A stretch of DNA of 64,000 bases from Candidatus Levyibacteriota bacterium (GCA_016188975.1 JACPGQ010000008.1:17812-81811); one strand, 5' to 3'. Shown: positions 1 through 8,147, counted from the first letter of the stretch. Notes: generated by a model not told the origin, from the sequence alone. Translations and numbers: made by a program.

Positions 1-134
1 TGGAAGTGTCGTATCAACCTTGAACGATGTTCCGGGAACAGAAAAAGAGATGTGGATTTGTTTTGGAATGTTAATAACAATCCCGAGCACTGCGAGCAGA
101 GTAATAAAAAGCAGTGTTACGGAGAAACGCCTTC
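1..134 (-). CDS. Partial ORF running off the left edge. It is the N-terminus of a membrane or secreted protein (MRRRFSVTLLFITLLAVLGIVINIPK...).
   Basis: The ATG lies at 134-132 on the minus strand and is followed by a hydrophobic signal/TM-like stretch. The ORF continues beyond coordinate 1. Confidence 0.3.
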
Positions 135-713
135 TCATGTGGCCAGCATTGCCTCCTCATCCCCGACAAGCATGACGCGTGATGCGCTCAGAATTGCAGC
201 GAGAAACGGGTCATTTCGCCTCTTGCGGAAGCGAAATTCATCTTCTGTCATTGCTGTGTAGTTTATCTCTCTACCTAATCTCGCTTCTTCATTGCGAACA
301 AGCACTGCCAGTTCCGGAAGGACAATCGTCCCGACAACCATAAAATCGATATCATCTGGGTTGTGCTTAATCCTCCTGATAAAAGCGCCAGAGAACATTG
401 CGAATTTTATCTTGCCGAGTTTTGCACGGTTTTTGAGGAATTCATTGCCAAGACCAATTGTTTTTGACCCAATTTCAAGGAGGTCATAATAGAACGGATA
501 ATTTTTATCAAGTGAGTAATAGACTCTATTTGCACGCTGTTCGCGGTTCAGTACTCCACGTTTCTCCAAAAACTGCAATTCCCGGCGAACTGCATTGATC
601 TCATCGCCTGTTCTGCGGACACATTCTCTCACATGGAGCATGTCTGATGGGTTCATGAGAAAAACCGTCAGTAATTTTATTCTGGACTTGGACGTGATGA
701 GATCTGACAACAT
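135..713 (-). CDS. Winged-helix transcriptional regulator with a C-terminal minimal nucleotidyltransferase-like domain
   Basis: The N-terminus is ArsR/MarR-like wHTH (VRRELQFLEKRGVL). The C-terminus has DIDFMVVG, typical of small nucleotidyltransferase folds. Confidence 0.45.
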   Translation of the reverse strand: MLSDLITSKSRIKLLTVFLMNPSDMLHVRECVRRTGDEINAVRRELQFLEKRGVLNREQRANRVYYSLDKNYPFYYDLLEIGSKTIGLGNEFLKNRAKLGKIKFAMFSGAFIRRIKHNPDDIDFMVVGTIVLPELAVLVRNEEARLGREINYTAMTEDEFRFRKRRNDPFLAAILSASRVMLVGDEEAMLAT

Positions 714-792
714 AAATTTTTCCTATTGTATCGCTTTCTGGTTCGTATATCAATAGTACTCAAAAGAGGAAATTAATCCTTTGGGGGCAGTG

Positions 793-1962
793 TTACTTTG
801 CTTCTACAGTTCCAGTCGTAGGCACAATCTCAAACCAAATTACTCCTCTATCAAACTCGACAGGTGATCCGTTGGGCCCTGTAATAATCGTTCTATCTTC
901 TCGTGATGCTTTTTTCCATTTTCCTTTGATTTCCTTTCCGTCCTGAAAAATAATCGCATCTCCAGTTCCTTTGCTCCTGTAGAGACGGTGCGCATTGCCA
1001 TCATATCCGTCATTGGCAGGACTCTCAATCATCTTGAGGACAACAACATTTTTTGCTGAATACTGTTTATCAGTGTTATTGTCCATATGGGAATCCCCTC
1101 TATTTGACCGAAGGTATGAATTTGTGGTCGGATCGTATGTCCAGTTGACAAAATACTCGCTATATCCGTCCCAAAATTCGATATGAATATCTTTTATAGA
1201 CCCGCGCTCAGATGTAGGAGCATCGTCTTTAAATTTATACTGCTCAAAATTTTCATCCCATATTGCTCCTTCTTTGTCTTTATTTGTGAGACGTCGACTC
1301 TTAGCGACATCCCACAGCTTACTCGTCGTAGAATACATCGTATGCTCTGTAGCGACTTGTCTGCCGAGACGGCTCTCGTCACGTCTAAATGTAGGAAACC
1401 CAATTGAGAATTGGTTGAGGTCATTATATTGATTCCACCCGTAATCTCCGATTTGTCCCAGAGCATTTGCGGGGCCTGGTGTATTTGCGCCTCCGACATG
1501 GGCATAGAGAGGGTAATCACCGTATTCTGAAATCCAGTCGAGAAAATAGGTCCGAGCAGACCGGACAGGACCGACAATCCCTGCATCCTGACAATAATAC
1601 ACCGCCAAAAACCGCGTGATGCCTCCTTCTGCGACTGCCTCATACACTACATCAGCAAACGATACGCCTGATTGGGGACGGGAATCTTCATGATTTTCGA
1701 TCATGATGCCAAGGGGCCGATGTGATTTCCACCACTTTTCCTGCTCTTTAGAGTACTTTGCGCCATTGAGAGGACATTCTTGGGTACGGGGTTTTGACGG
1801 ATCAAAAACAATTGCCTCAAAGTCATTGCCTTTGTCAGGGGTTGATGTCGGCGGCGGAGCGTAGGCTGCCTCTCTCGATGAGGCGAAGAACATATATGAA
1901 CCAGCAGCTGTTGAGATATACACAATGAGAGCGAGGATAACTAAGGTGATCTTATTATTCAT
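793..1962 (-). CDS. Secreted DUF3048 (YerB-like) domain protein
   Basis: 389 aa with an N-terminal signal/TM. The overall pattern resembles DUF3048 lipoproteins; this is recognised by eye only. Confidence 0.4.
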   Translation of the reverse strand: MNNKITLVILALIVYISTAAGSYMFFASSREAAYAPPPTSTPDKGNDFEAIVFDPSKPRTQECPLNGAKYSKEQEKWWKSHRPLGIMIENHEDSRPQSGVSFADVVYEAVAEGGITRFLAVYYCQDAGIVGPVRSARTYFLDWISEYGDYPLYAHVGGANTPGPANALGQIGDYGWNQYNDLNQFSIGFPTFRRDESRLGRQVATEHTMYSTTSKLWDVAKSRRLTNKDKEGAIWDENFEQYKFKDDAPTSERGSIKDIHIEFWDGYSEYFVNWTYDPTTNSYLRSNRGDSHMDNNTDKQYSAKNVVVLKMIESPANDGYDGNAHRLYRSKGTGDAIIFQDGKEIKGKWKKASREDRTIITGPNGSPVEFDRGVIWFEIVPTTGTVEAK

Positions 1963-1977
1963 CGGGTATATCTAACT

Positions 1978-2448
1978 CTACGGTTTTTTATTATTTTTTG
2001 CAAGCTTTATTGCTTTGACTTCCTCTGCAGAAAGTTCATATTCTTCCCCTTTTCCGTGTATCACTTTTTTCGCGTACCATCTCGTCCCAGAACGTGAATA
2101 GAGTGCCGAAACGACGATGCCTGAATCATTGGCATCAGTCAGCGCCAGAACAAAACTCTGATCACCACCAGTGTCACGAAACGGGTTAAAGCGCAGGAGT
2201 CCTACTTTCTGTATGTGAAACATCTCGTCAGTCTCTATTTTTTCAAGCCGTACAGAGTTTTCATGAAGCTGTTTTTTCGTATCAGAAAGACTTCTCACAA
2301 CTCCCTCAAGAAACCCACTCAGAGTCTTTTGGTCAGAACCTTCAACGAACAGCTGATATTGACTCCGGGTCTTCCAGAGGAAAAAAGAGAGTGCAGCTAC
2401 CCAAATAAGCAGGATAAAAATAAAAATCAGCTCGAGTGATAGCTGCAT
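1978..2448 (-). CDS. DUF4446-like small membrane-anchored protein
   Basis: 156 aa with an N-terminal TM helix and an LLRFNPF motif. Confidence 0.35.
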   Translation of the reverse strand: MQLSLELIFIFILLIWVAALSFFLWKTRSQYQLFVEGSDQKTLSGFLEGVVRSLSDTKKQLHENSVRLEKIETDEMFHIQKVGLLRFNPFRDTGGDQSFVLALTDANDSGIVVSALYSRSGTRWYAKKVIHGKGEEYELSAEEVKAIKLAKNNKKP

Positions 2449-2508
2449 ATCGACTCCATACTAGCCTCTTGACAGCCTCGTGTCAATAGTGTAACCTAGG
2501 CTACTATC

Positions 2509-2781
2509 ATGGCTAAACACCGAAAGACTCGGAAAGAAAAAATCCGGTCTGAGCAGCGTCAACAGCACGTGATGACGCCTGCAGAAGTTGCATCACCGGC
2601 TCCGCAGGAAAAAACTCCATTTCAATTTACCTTCTCTGCGCAAACTACGCCTAAGACTACTCCTTCTCCCCTCCTTAAACAGAACGAGCATCATGCATTT
2701 GTTTGGCGTGATTTGCGTAAAATCGGTATTGTTACAACAAGTATCGTGGCTGTTGAATTAGTATTATTTCTTTTGATATAA
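2509..2781 (+). CDS. Hypothetical small protein with a C-terminal TM helix
   Basis: 90-aa ORF. A GC-rich hairpin follows the stop. Confidence 0.3.
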   Translation: MAKHRKTRKEKIRSEQRQQHVMTPAEVASPAPQEKTPFQFTFSAQTTPKTTPSPLLKQNEHHAFVWRDLRKIGIVTTSIVAVELVLFLLI

Positions 2782-2895
2782 AAAGGGGGGCTTGCCCCTC
2801 CGTAGCCCGACCTCATAGGGATGGAAACAAGAAAAAGTGAGGAATGAAACCCGCCTTCGTTAAAACTTCGGCGGGCGAAGGGGGGTGAATATACT

Positions 2896-3039
2896 ATGGC
2901 ACAAATGTATTGTGTAAAATGTCGAGCAAAGAGAGACGATCCAAATGCAACTCCTGTCACGATGAAGAACGGTAAACCAGCAATGAAAGGAAAATGCCCA
3001 GTTTGTGGTACAGGAATGTACAAGATTGGCAAAGCCTAA
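2896..3039 (+). CDS. Small zinc-ribbon protein (DUF5679-like), 47 aa. It is below the 60-aa track cutoff.
   Basis: MAQMYCVKCRAKRDDPNATPVTMKNGKPAMKGKCPVCGTGMYKIGKA has two CxxC pairs. A GGGGGGUG Shine-Dalgarno precedes it by 9 nt, and a clean terminator follows. Confidence 0.45.
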   Translation: MAQMYCVKCRAKRDDPNATPVTMKNGKPAMKGKCPVCGTGMYKIGKA

Positions 3040-3093
3040 TCTTTGAATCTCTCTTCTTGGGAGATCCTCAAAAGACTCTCAAGAAACACCTGA

Positions 3094-3123
3094 AAATCCC
3101 CCGCAAATAGCGGGGGATTTCAT
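3094..3123 (+). terminator. Intrinsic terminator hairpin (AAAATCCCCCGC-aaat-AGCGGGGGATTTCATTT)
   Basis: Perfect 9-bp GC stem followed by a T-rich tract, directly after the small zinc-ribbon ORF. Confidence 0.45.
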
Positions 3124-3124
3124 T

Positions 3125-3229
3125 TGTCATTGCGAGCCCTGAAAGGGCGAAGCAATCTCTTATAATAACTTGCTTCAATTGTATAAGATTGCTTCGTCGG
3201 TCGCCTTAGGCGACCTCCTCGCAATGACA
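3125..3229. mobile_element. MITE-like element, copy A. Terminal inverted repeats are TGTCATTGCGAG and CTCGCAATGACA.
   Basis: Perfect 12-bp terminal inverted repeats enclose an internal palindrome (GCGAAGCAATCT / AGATTGCTTCG). The same architecture recurs at 30306-30397, 57680-57803 and 57917-58024. Confidence 0.6.
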
Positions 3230-3886
3230 CGAGAAGTTCTATATAATACAAACGTGACTAAGGAAGAAAAAGTCAAAGAAATTATTAAACGGCTCCGCAA
3301 GGTATACCCCCACCCAAAAACTGCGCTCAATTTCTCAACCCCCTTAGATCTTCTCGTCGCGACAATCATGTCAGCACAAACCACTGATAAATTAGTCAAT
3401 ACGCTCACACCAGCATTATTTGCAAAATATAAAACTGCCAAAGATTACGCTGATGCTCCCGTGGAAGACATCACAAAACTGATTAGCAAAGTGAACTTTG
3501 CTAATAATAAAGCAAAGAATATTAAAGCAGCAGCACAAATTATCGTTGAGAAGCACGAAGGAAAAGTGCCTGATAACATGGAGGAGCTCGATGCGTTGCC
3601 TGGAGTCGCAAGAAAGACTGCCAATGTTGTCCTTGGCAATGCGTATCACAAAGCAGAGGGAATCGTCGTTGACACGCACGTCATGCGTTTATCCCAAAAG
3701 CTTGGGCTAACTGATAAAAAAGATCCGGAGAAAATCGAGCAGGATCTGATGCAAATAGTTCCAAAAGAAGATTGGATCGACTTCGCCCACATGCTTATCC
3801 TCTTCGGCCGCGAATACTGCCCTGCACGTCCTCACAAATGCGACGATTGCCCCCTCAGCGACCTCTGCCCCGATCAAAAAGTTTAG
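3224..3886 (+). CDS. nth: Endonuclease III (HhH-GPD DNA glycosylase with a C-terminal 4Fe-4S Cys cluster)
   Basis: HhH-GPD motifs (LPGVARKTANVVL) and C-x6-C-x2-C-x5-C at the C-terminus. I prefer the start at MTREVLYN (3224) over the longest-ORF start at 3170, which reads through the MITE. Confidence 0.85.
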   Translation: MTREVLYNTNVTKEEKVKEIIKRLRKVYPHPKTALNFSTPLDLLVATIMSAQTTDKLVNTLTPALFAKYKTAKDYADAPVEDITKLISKVNFANNKAKNIKAAAQIIVEKHEGKVPDNMEELDALPGVARKTANVVLGNAYHKAEGIVVDTHVMRLSQKLGLTDKKDPEKIEQDLMQIVPKEDWIDFAHMLILFGREYCPARPHKCDDCPLSDLCPDQKV

Positions 3887-3975
3887 CCTTCCACCTTCCA
3901 GGTGTAAAGCTAAAAATCCGTCCTCCGTCATTCTTGCTTGTGCAAAACCTCTTGAGTTATAATCCAATAAGAAAC

Positions 3976-4377
3976 ATGGCTGAAAAAGTAAGACTATTGG
4001 GCGAAATCTTTAGAGGACTCGGTTTCAATAGAGCAGGAATTCGTTTGGAAAAAGAGAGTGAGGCACTTTTAGAATCCAAAGACTTACCGTTTGATGACCC
4101 ACGTATCGTAATAGGACTTAGAGAAGGAGAACAAGACGACGCTCAAAGATTACCCGATCAATTGTACCTCGGAAATAGACCTGTTTTTACAGCATTACAA
4201 GCCACCGAAAAATTAGGTATCGATAAAAGCAGTACTAGTAAAGCGATTCAAAGAGGAGCATTAGAAGCATCAAGAATCGGAACGCAAATTTTTGTCGATG
4301 GAGAATCCTTGGGAAACTATCAAAGAAGACTATCCCTAAGCGTAAAACGGGGCCCCAAGCCTAAAGCTAGAAAGTAA
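3976..4377 (+). CDS. Small HTH (excisionase/MerR-like HTH_17) domain protein
   Basis: The start is at MAEKVRLL. The longer track ORF (3772) overlaps the nth 3' end. The HTH-like segment is ALQATEKLGIDKSSTSKAIQRGALEASRIGTQIFV, with a basic tail. Confidence 0.35.
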   Translation: MAEKVRLLGEIFRGLGFNRAGIRLEKESEALLESKDLPFDDPRIVIGLREGEQDDAQRLPDQLYLGNRPVFTALQATEKLGIDKSSTSKAIQRGALEASRIGTQIFVDGESLGNYQRRLSLSVKRGPKPKARK

Positions 4378-4379
4378 AT

Positions 4380-5006
4380 TTACATCAACTCATCCAGTAG
4401 AGGACTAATATCAATATTTTCTAGTGATTGTTTCACAAGCGGCTTTTGCGCAATTTGCGGCGTGCCGTCTTCCCAGGTCGGGCGATCTTCTTTGAAGAAA
4501 ATTCCAGTTGCTACTTTTTCTTTCTCTCCTTCTTTGACTGGTCTCCGGAGTGGCCACTCTTCTGCTCTCTCAAACGCCTGCATCTTATTGGTCATATCAT
4601 GGCCTTGCTCCTGAAGTTTGTAGACTCTCTCATAAAACCAAGCGAATGTGTTGTGGTGATTGAACGTCACACATGGCTGCATGGTGTCTATGATTGAGAA
4701 ACCTTTGTGTTTGATCGCCTCAACGAGTAGCTCCGTCTCCTGTTTGTTATCCCCAGCATACCCCCGAGCGACGAATGTTGCTCCAGCTGAAAGTGCTAGC
4801 TGCATCGCATTGACCGGTGCTTCAACGACCGGCACCGGAGTTGCTTTATTTTTCTCACCAATGTTAGTTGTGGGTGAGAATTGTCCGGTTGTTAATCCAT
4901 ATACCTGATTGTCATGAATAAGAAGTGTCAAATTCACATTTCTCCTGGCTGCATGTAGCCAGTGATTGCCTCCCTCTGCAAATTGATCGCCGTCTCCCCC
5001 AATCAC
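4380..5006 (-). CDS. korB: 2-oxoacid:ferredoxin oxidoreductase beta subunit, C-terminal TPP-binding part. A frameshift separates it from the N-terminal part.
   Basis: GDGD...GGNHWLHAARRNVNLTLLIHDNQVYGLTTGQFSPTT is the canonical TPP-binding region of KorB/PorB. The ORF starts at a GTG embedded in a GTGA overlap with the upstream ORF. Confidence 0.7.
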   Translation of the reverse strand: MIGGDGDQFAEGGNHWLHAARRNVNLTLLIHDNQVYGLTTGQFSPTTNIGEKNKATPVPVVEAPVNAMQLALSAGATFVARGYAGDNKQETELLVEAIKHKGFSIIDTMQPCVTFNHHNTFAWFYERVYKLQEQGHDMTNKMQAFERAEEWPLRRPVKEGEKEKVATGIFFKEDRPTWEDGTPQIAQKPLVKQSLENIDISPLLDELM

Positions 5007-6274
5007 GATAACAGTCCAATCCCCGAGACGAGAACGACCTCCCAGGGCTTCAAATCCAGCTGAACAATAGCGTTCTTCAAAGAAACCCAGATTCCGAAGT
5101 CTCCACAGTTATGGAGGATTGCGTTTTCCGTGACGTATGCGTTTTCTGTATCGACCTCAAGATTGTGTACTGGACCCTTATATCGTTGTTTTTCAATCTT
5201 TCTGATTGGTAAGAATGCAAAGTTTTGGGTAAGTAAGTGCCTTTGCGGTACAAATTCTTGCTCATTATTTACGACCAAACCTAAAATTTCTTTTAACTTA
5301 ATGCAATCTCTAGGGCCATACACCCATATGGAATAGGCCGTCTTGTGCATTCCATGAGCTCCCTGAACAGATACAGTTGGTAGAATTGCCTGTCGTAACA
5401 GTAGCATTTTTACCTGCTCTGTAAGCTTCTTCGAAATAGTCCTCAAGCAAGCACTATGCCTTTTTCTGCTTTTTCCTACCCAGCCGTCACCACGCCACAT
5501 ACCCTTAATAAGTTCTTTCTGCTTTTCTTTGGGCAAAAACATTACAAAATCTGGAATCTTTTTATTTGCAGCCCCTTTTCCAAACCACCCCTCAAACATT
5601 TCTGAGAGATATGATGAATTAAATGAAAGGTCAATCGTCTTTCTCCCTTTTCGGTATCGTTTTATTGAGAAGAGACCAAAAAGCTTCTGCATAATTGCTA
5701 CGACATCCTCTGCATACATTTCTTCTCGGGAATGAAAGGTAAAGTTGATAGATCTTCTATGGACGTACCCCTCCGCTATATAATAGCCTGCCAGCCGGAG
5801 AAATTCCGCTTCCAATGGAACACTTGAGGGTAATCCCTTACTTTTTGTATCTTTCTTCCTTTTTATGAAGGAAATATCTATATGCCCTATATCTTTCTCA
5901 GTTTTCAAAATTGGATATACTAGACGATCGCCTTTTTTAAGTTCTCTTGCCTCGACCCACTGTGATTGGTATTCAAGATTTTTACGTCTTAAATGTTCAT
6001 GTTTTATCGTCAATACAGGATGTTCAGGTGTTAGCGTAGTTTCTCCAAAATATCTTGAAACAAGCCGATACATAATGCCATCATGTATGTGAGATAAAGC
6101 TTCAGTAACTTCATGAGGCATTCCATCGCTACCAATAACTCTATCTCCCGTTTTGAGAGTAGATATCAATGCCGTAGAGGGATTAGTTTGAATATAAGTC
6201 TCTGGTATAGTACATCCTGGGCACCAATTCGGCTTGTCGTAGTCAATTTGTAAATCTTGTAGTGTCGTTGCCAT
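5003..6274 (-). CDS. korB: 2-oxoacid:ferredoxin oxidoreductase beta subunit N-terminal part, carrying a 369-aa LAGLIDADG intein
   Basis: The extein MATTLQDLQIDYDKPNWCPG is followed by an intein (CTIPETY...ENAILHN), then the extein CGDFGIWVSLKNAIVQLDLKPWEVVLVSGIG. Confidence 0.75.
   Translation of the reverse strand: MATTLQDLQIDYDKPNWCPGCTIPETYIQTNPSTALISTLKTGDRVIGSDGMPHEVTEALSHIHDGIMYRLVSRYFGETTLTPEHPVLTIKHEHLRRKNLEYQSQWVEARELKKGDRLVYPILKTEKDIGHIDISFIKRKKDTKSKGLPSSVPLEAEFLRLAGYYIAEGYVHRRSINFTFHSREEMYAEDVVAIMQKLFGLFSIKRYRKGRKTIDLSFNSSYLSEMFEGWFGKGAANKKIPDFVMFLPKEKQKELIKGMWRGDGWVGKSRKRHSACLRTISKKLTEQVKMLLLRQAILPTVSVQGAHGMHKTAYSIWVYGPRDCIKLKEILGLVVNNEQEFVPQRHLLTQNFAFLPIRKIEKQRYKGPVHNLEVDTENAYVTENAILHNCGDFGIWVSLKNAIVQLDLKPWEVVLVSGIGLLS
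5108..6214 (-). other. Intein with a LAGLIDADG homing-endonuclease domain, inserted between WCPG and CGDF of KorB
   Basis: Block A starts with Cys (CTIPETYI). Block B is TPEHPVLT. The two dodecapeptide motifs are LAGYYIAEGYV and MWRGDGWVG. Blocks F/G are VHNLEVDTENAYVTENAILHN, followed by the +1 residue Cys. Confidence 0.8.
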
Positions 6275-6280
6275 AATAAC

Positions 6281-6398
6281 TTTTCCTTGTACCCCTCTCC
6301 TTTTTAGGGGAGGGAATGTCCCGATTAAATCGGGACTAGGGTGAGGTCAACAATAACCTCAGACCGAGCCGATCCTCACTTTCGTGAGGATGACATCA
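6281..6398 (-). repeat. GC-rich multi-hairpin intercistronic element (CCCTCTCC..GGAGAGGG and GTCCCGATT.AATCGGGAC). A second copy is at 8745-8810.
   Basis: About 85% identity to the copy at 8745-8810 over roughly 55 nt. Both lie between cistrons of the same minus-strand operon. Confidence 0.55.
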
Positions 6399-8147
6399 TT
6401 AACCTAACAAAGACCTTACCTTTTCAATTATTTCTTCAGGATAAAATGGCCTCCCATCATATTTTCTTAAGCGATTTTCAAATGTATATCCTGTTTTCTC
6501 TCTGATAAGCCCTTCAAACTGTCCTGTCTTGTTATTTTCAATAACAAGTGTTTTCTTTGCCTTCCCTATCTCCAGCATAAAAGACTCAGCAAGAAACGGC
6601 TCCAGGTACGAAACCTGCAAAAAATTCACTGAGGTATTTTCTTTTTTTAACTGCCGTATTGCATCCAGAATAGCAAATTTTGTTGAGCCGAATGCTACGA
6701 TTGTCAAATTCGCATCAGAATCTCCCAGCAATTTCGGTGCCGAAAACTCGCCTGCAGCAATTGCGACATCGAGTTTTTTAAAACGCTTATCCATCATCTT
6801 GATTCTCATCTCAGATTCTTCATTGTAAAGACCCTTCTCGTCATGCTCATCAGAACCGGAAAGCCCGATTCCTCCTTGTTGTCCAGGCAAACTTCGAGGA
6901 GATATGCCGTCGTCGACAAGTGCATAACGTTTGTAATCTGCTTCTTGAGCCGCTTGCTGATCTGTAAGCAGTTTTCCTCTTTCAATTTTGAATTTTTCAT
7001 TTTGAACTTTGAATTCATCAATCGAAACTGTCGCATGTGATTCATTAATATGCTTATCAACAAGCACAATCACTGGAAGCTGATACTTGTCTGCCAGATT
7101 CAGCGCTTTCATCGTGTCCTCAAATGCTTCGAGCATATCTCCAGGAGCAACAACGATGCGGGGAAAGTCCCCTTGCGCTGCGTGCAGCATAAAACGGAGA
7201 TCTTCTTGCGATGTCCACGTCGGCATTCCCGTCGAAGGTCCCGGCCGCATACCCATGATGATGACAATTGGCGTTTCTGTCTGGGCTGCTAAACCAACAC
7301 CTTCTACCATCAATGAAAATCCTCCTCCCGATGTCGCTACCATGGACCGAGCTCCGGCAAATGACGCCCCAAGTGCCATGTTAATGCCTGCAATCTCATC
7401 CTCTGGTTCTTTAACGACGATATTGTACTTGAGGGCATGAGCAACCAGCGTCGTCATAATGGTATTGATCGGTGTCATCGGGTACATCGCTGCAAACTTA
7501 AGCCCTGCGCGGATTGCACCAAATGCGATTGCCTCTGCACCCCCGATAAGAAGCCTGGTTTGAGAACCAATTGGAATATCCGCGAGAAGTCCCTGTCCGA
7601 AATTCTCAACGACATAATCATATCCCGCTTTTGACGTAGTATTGTTCAATGCAACAACGTCATCCCCTTTTTTGCCAAACGTATCCTCCATAATTTTCTG
7701 GAGAACATCAAACTGTTTGTGGAAAAGCGCCAAAGATGCACCGACTGATACTGTATTAATCATCAGCCGATCAGCACCTACTTTTTTGGTAAGTTCCAGA
7801 AGTGGTACTGGAAACAGTCGAACGGAGACAGGAAACTGCTCAACAGTAAGTTTCAAAGCACTCGGGTCAAAAATGATTGCTGCGCCTTCGGAAAGCTCGT
7901 CTGTATGAAGCTTGACGGTATCAGGGTTCAGTGCAACCAGAATATCGACCGTTTTCTTCTGTGATGTAATTGCTTCATCTGATGCGCGAACGTAATACGC
8001 GTTGTGTCCTCCGCGGATGAGGGACGGGTATTCAACGTAGTCAAAAACGTGCAGGCCAAGACGCGTAAAAATCTTTGACATCATAAAGCCTGTGGTCATG
8101 ATGCCGTACCCTGCCTCACCGCCAATAAGCCACTGCAAGTCAATCAT
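6399..8147 (-). CDS. korA: 2-oxoacid:ferredoxin oxidoreductase alpha subunit with a fused N-terminal gamma domain
   Basis: 582 aa. The N-terminus is gamma-like (GGEAGYGIMTTG) and the alpha domain includes AMYPMTPINTIM and ATSGGGFSLMVEG. Confidence 0.85.
   Translation of the reverse strand: MIDLQWLIGGEAGYGIMTTGFMMSKIFTRLGLHVFDYVEYPSLIRGGHNAYYVRASDEAITSQKKTVDILVALNPDTVKLHTDELSEGAAIIFDPSALKLTVEQFPVSVRLFPVPLLELTKKVGADRLMINTVSVGASLALFHKQFDVLQKIMEDTFGKKGDDVVALNNTTSKAGYDYVVENFGQGLLADIPIGSQTRLLIGGAEAIAFGAIRAGLKFAAMYPMTPINTIMTTLVAHALKYNIVVKEPEDEIAGINMALGASFAGARSMVATSGGGFSLMVEGVGLAAQTETPIVIIMGMRPGPSTGMPTWTSQEDLRFMLHAAQGDFPRIVVAPGDMLEAFEDTMKALNLADKYQLPVIVLVDKHINESHATVSIDEFKVQNEKFKIERGKLLTDQQAAQEADYKRYALVDDGISPRSLPGQQGGIGLSGSDEHDEKGLYNEESEMRIKMMDKRFKKLDVAIAAGEFSAPKLLGDSDANLTIVAFGSTKFAILDAIRQLKKENTSVNFLQVSYLEPFLAESFMLEIGKAKKTLVIENNKTGQFEGLIREKTGYTFENRLRKYDGRPFYPEEIIEKVRSLLG

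Noticed and set aside
3170-3223. Longest-ORF start of nth (MLQLYKIASSVALGDLLA...)
   Set aside because: These codons lie entirely inside the MITE-like element and have no counterpart in Nth proteins. MTREVLYN at 3224 is the plausible start.
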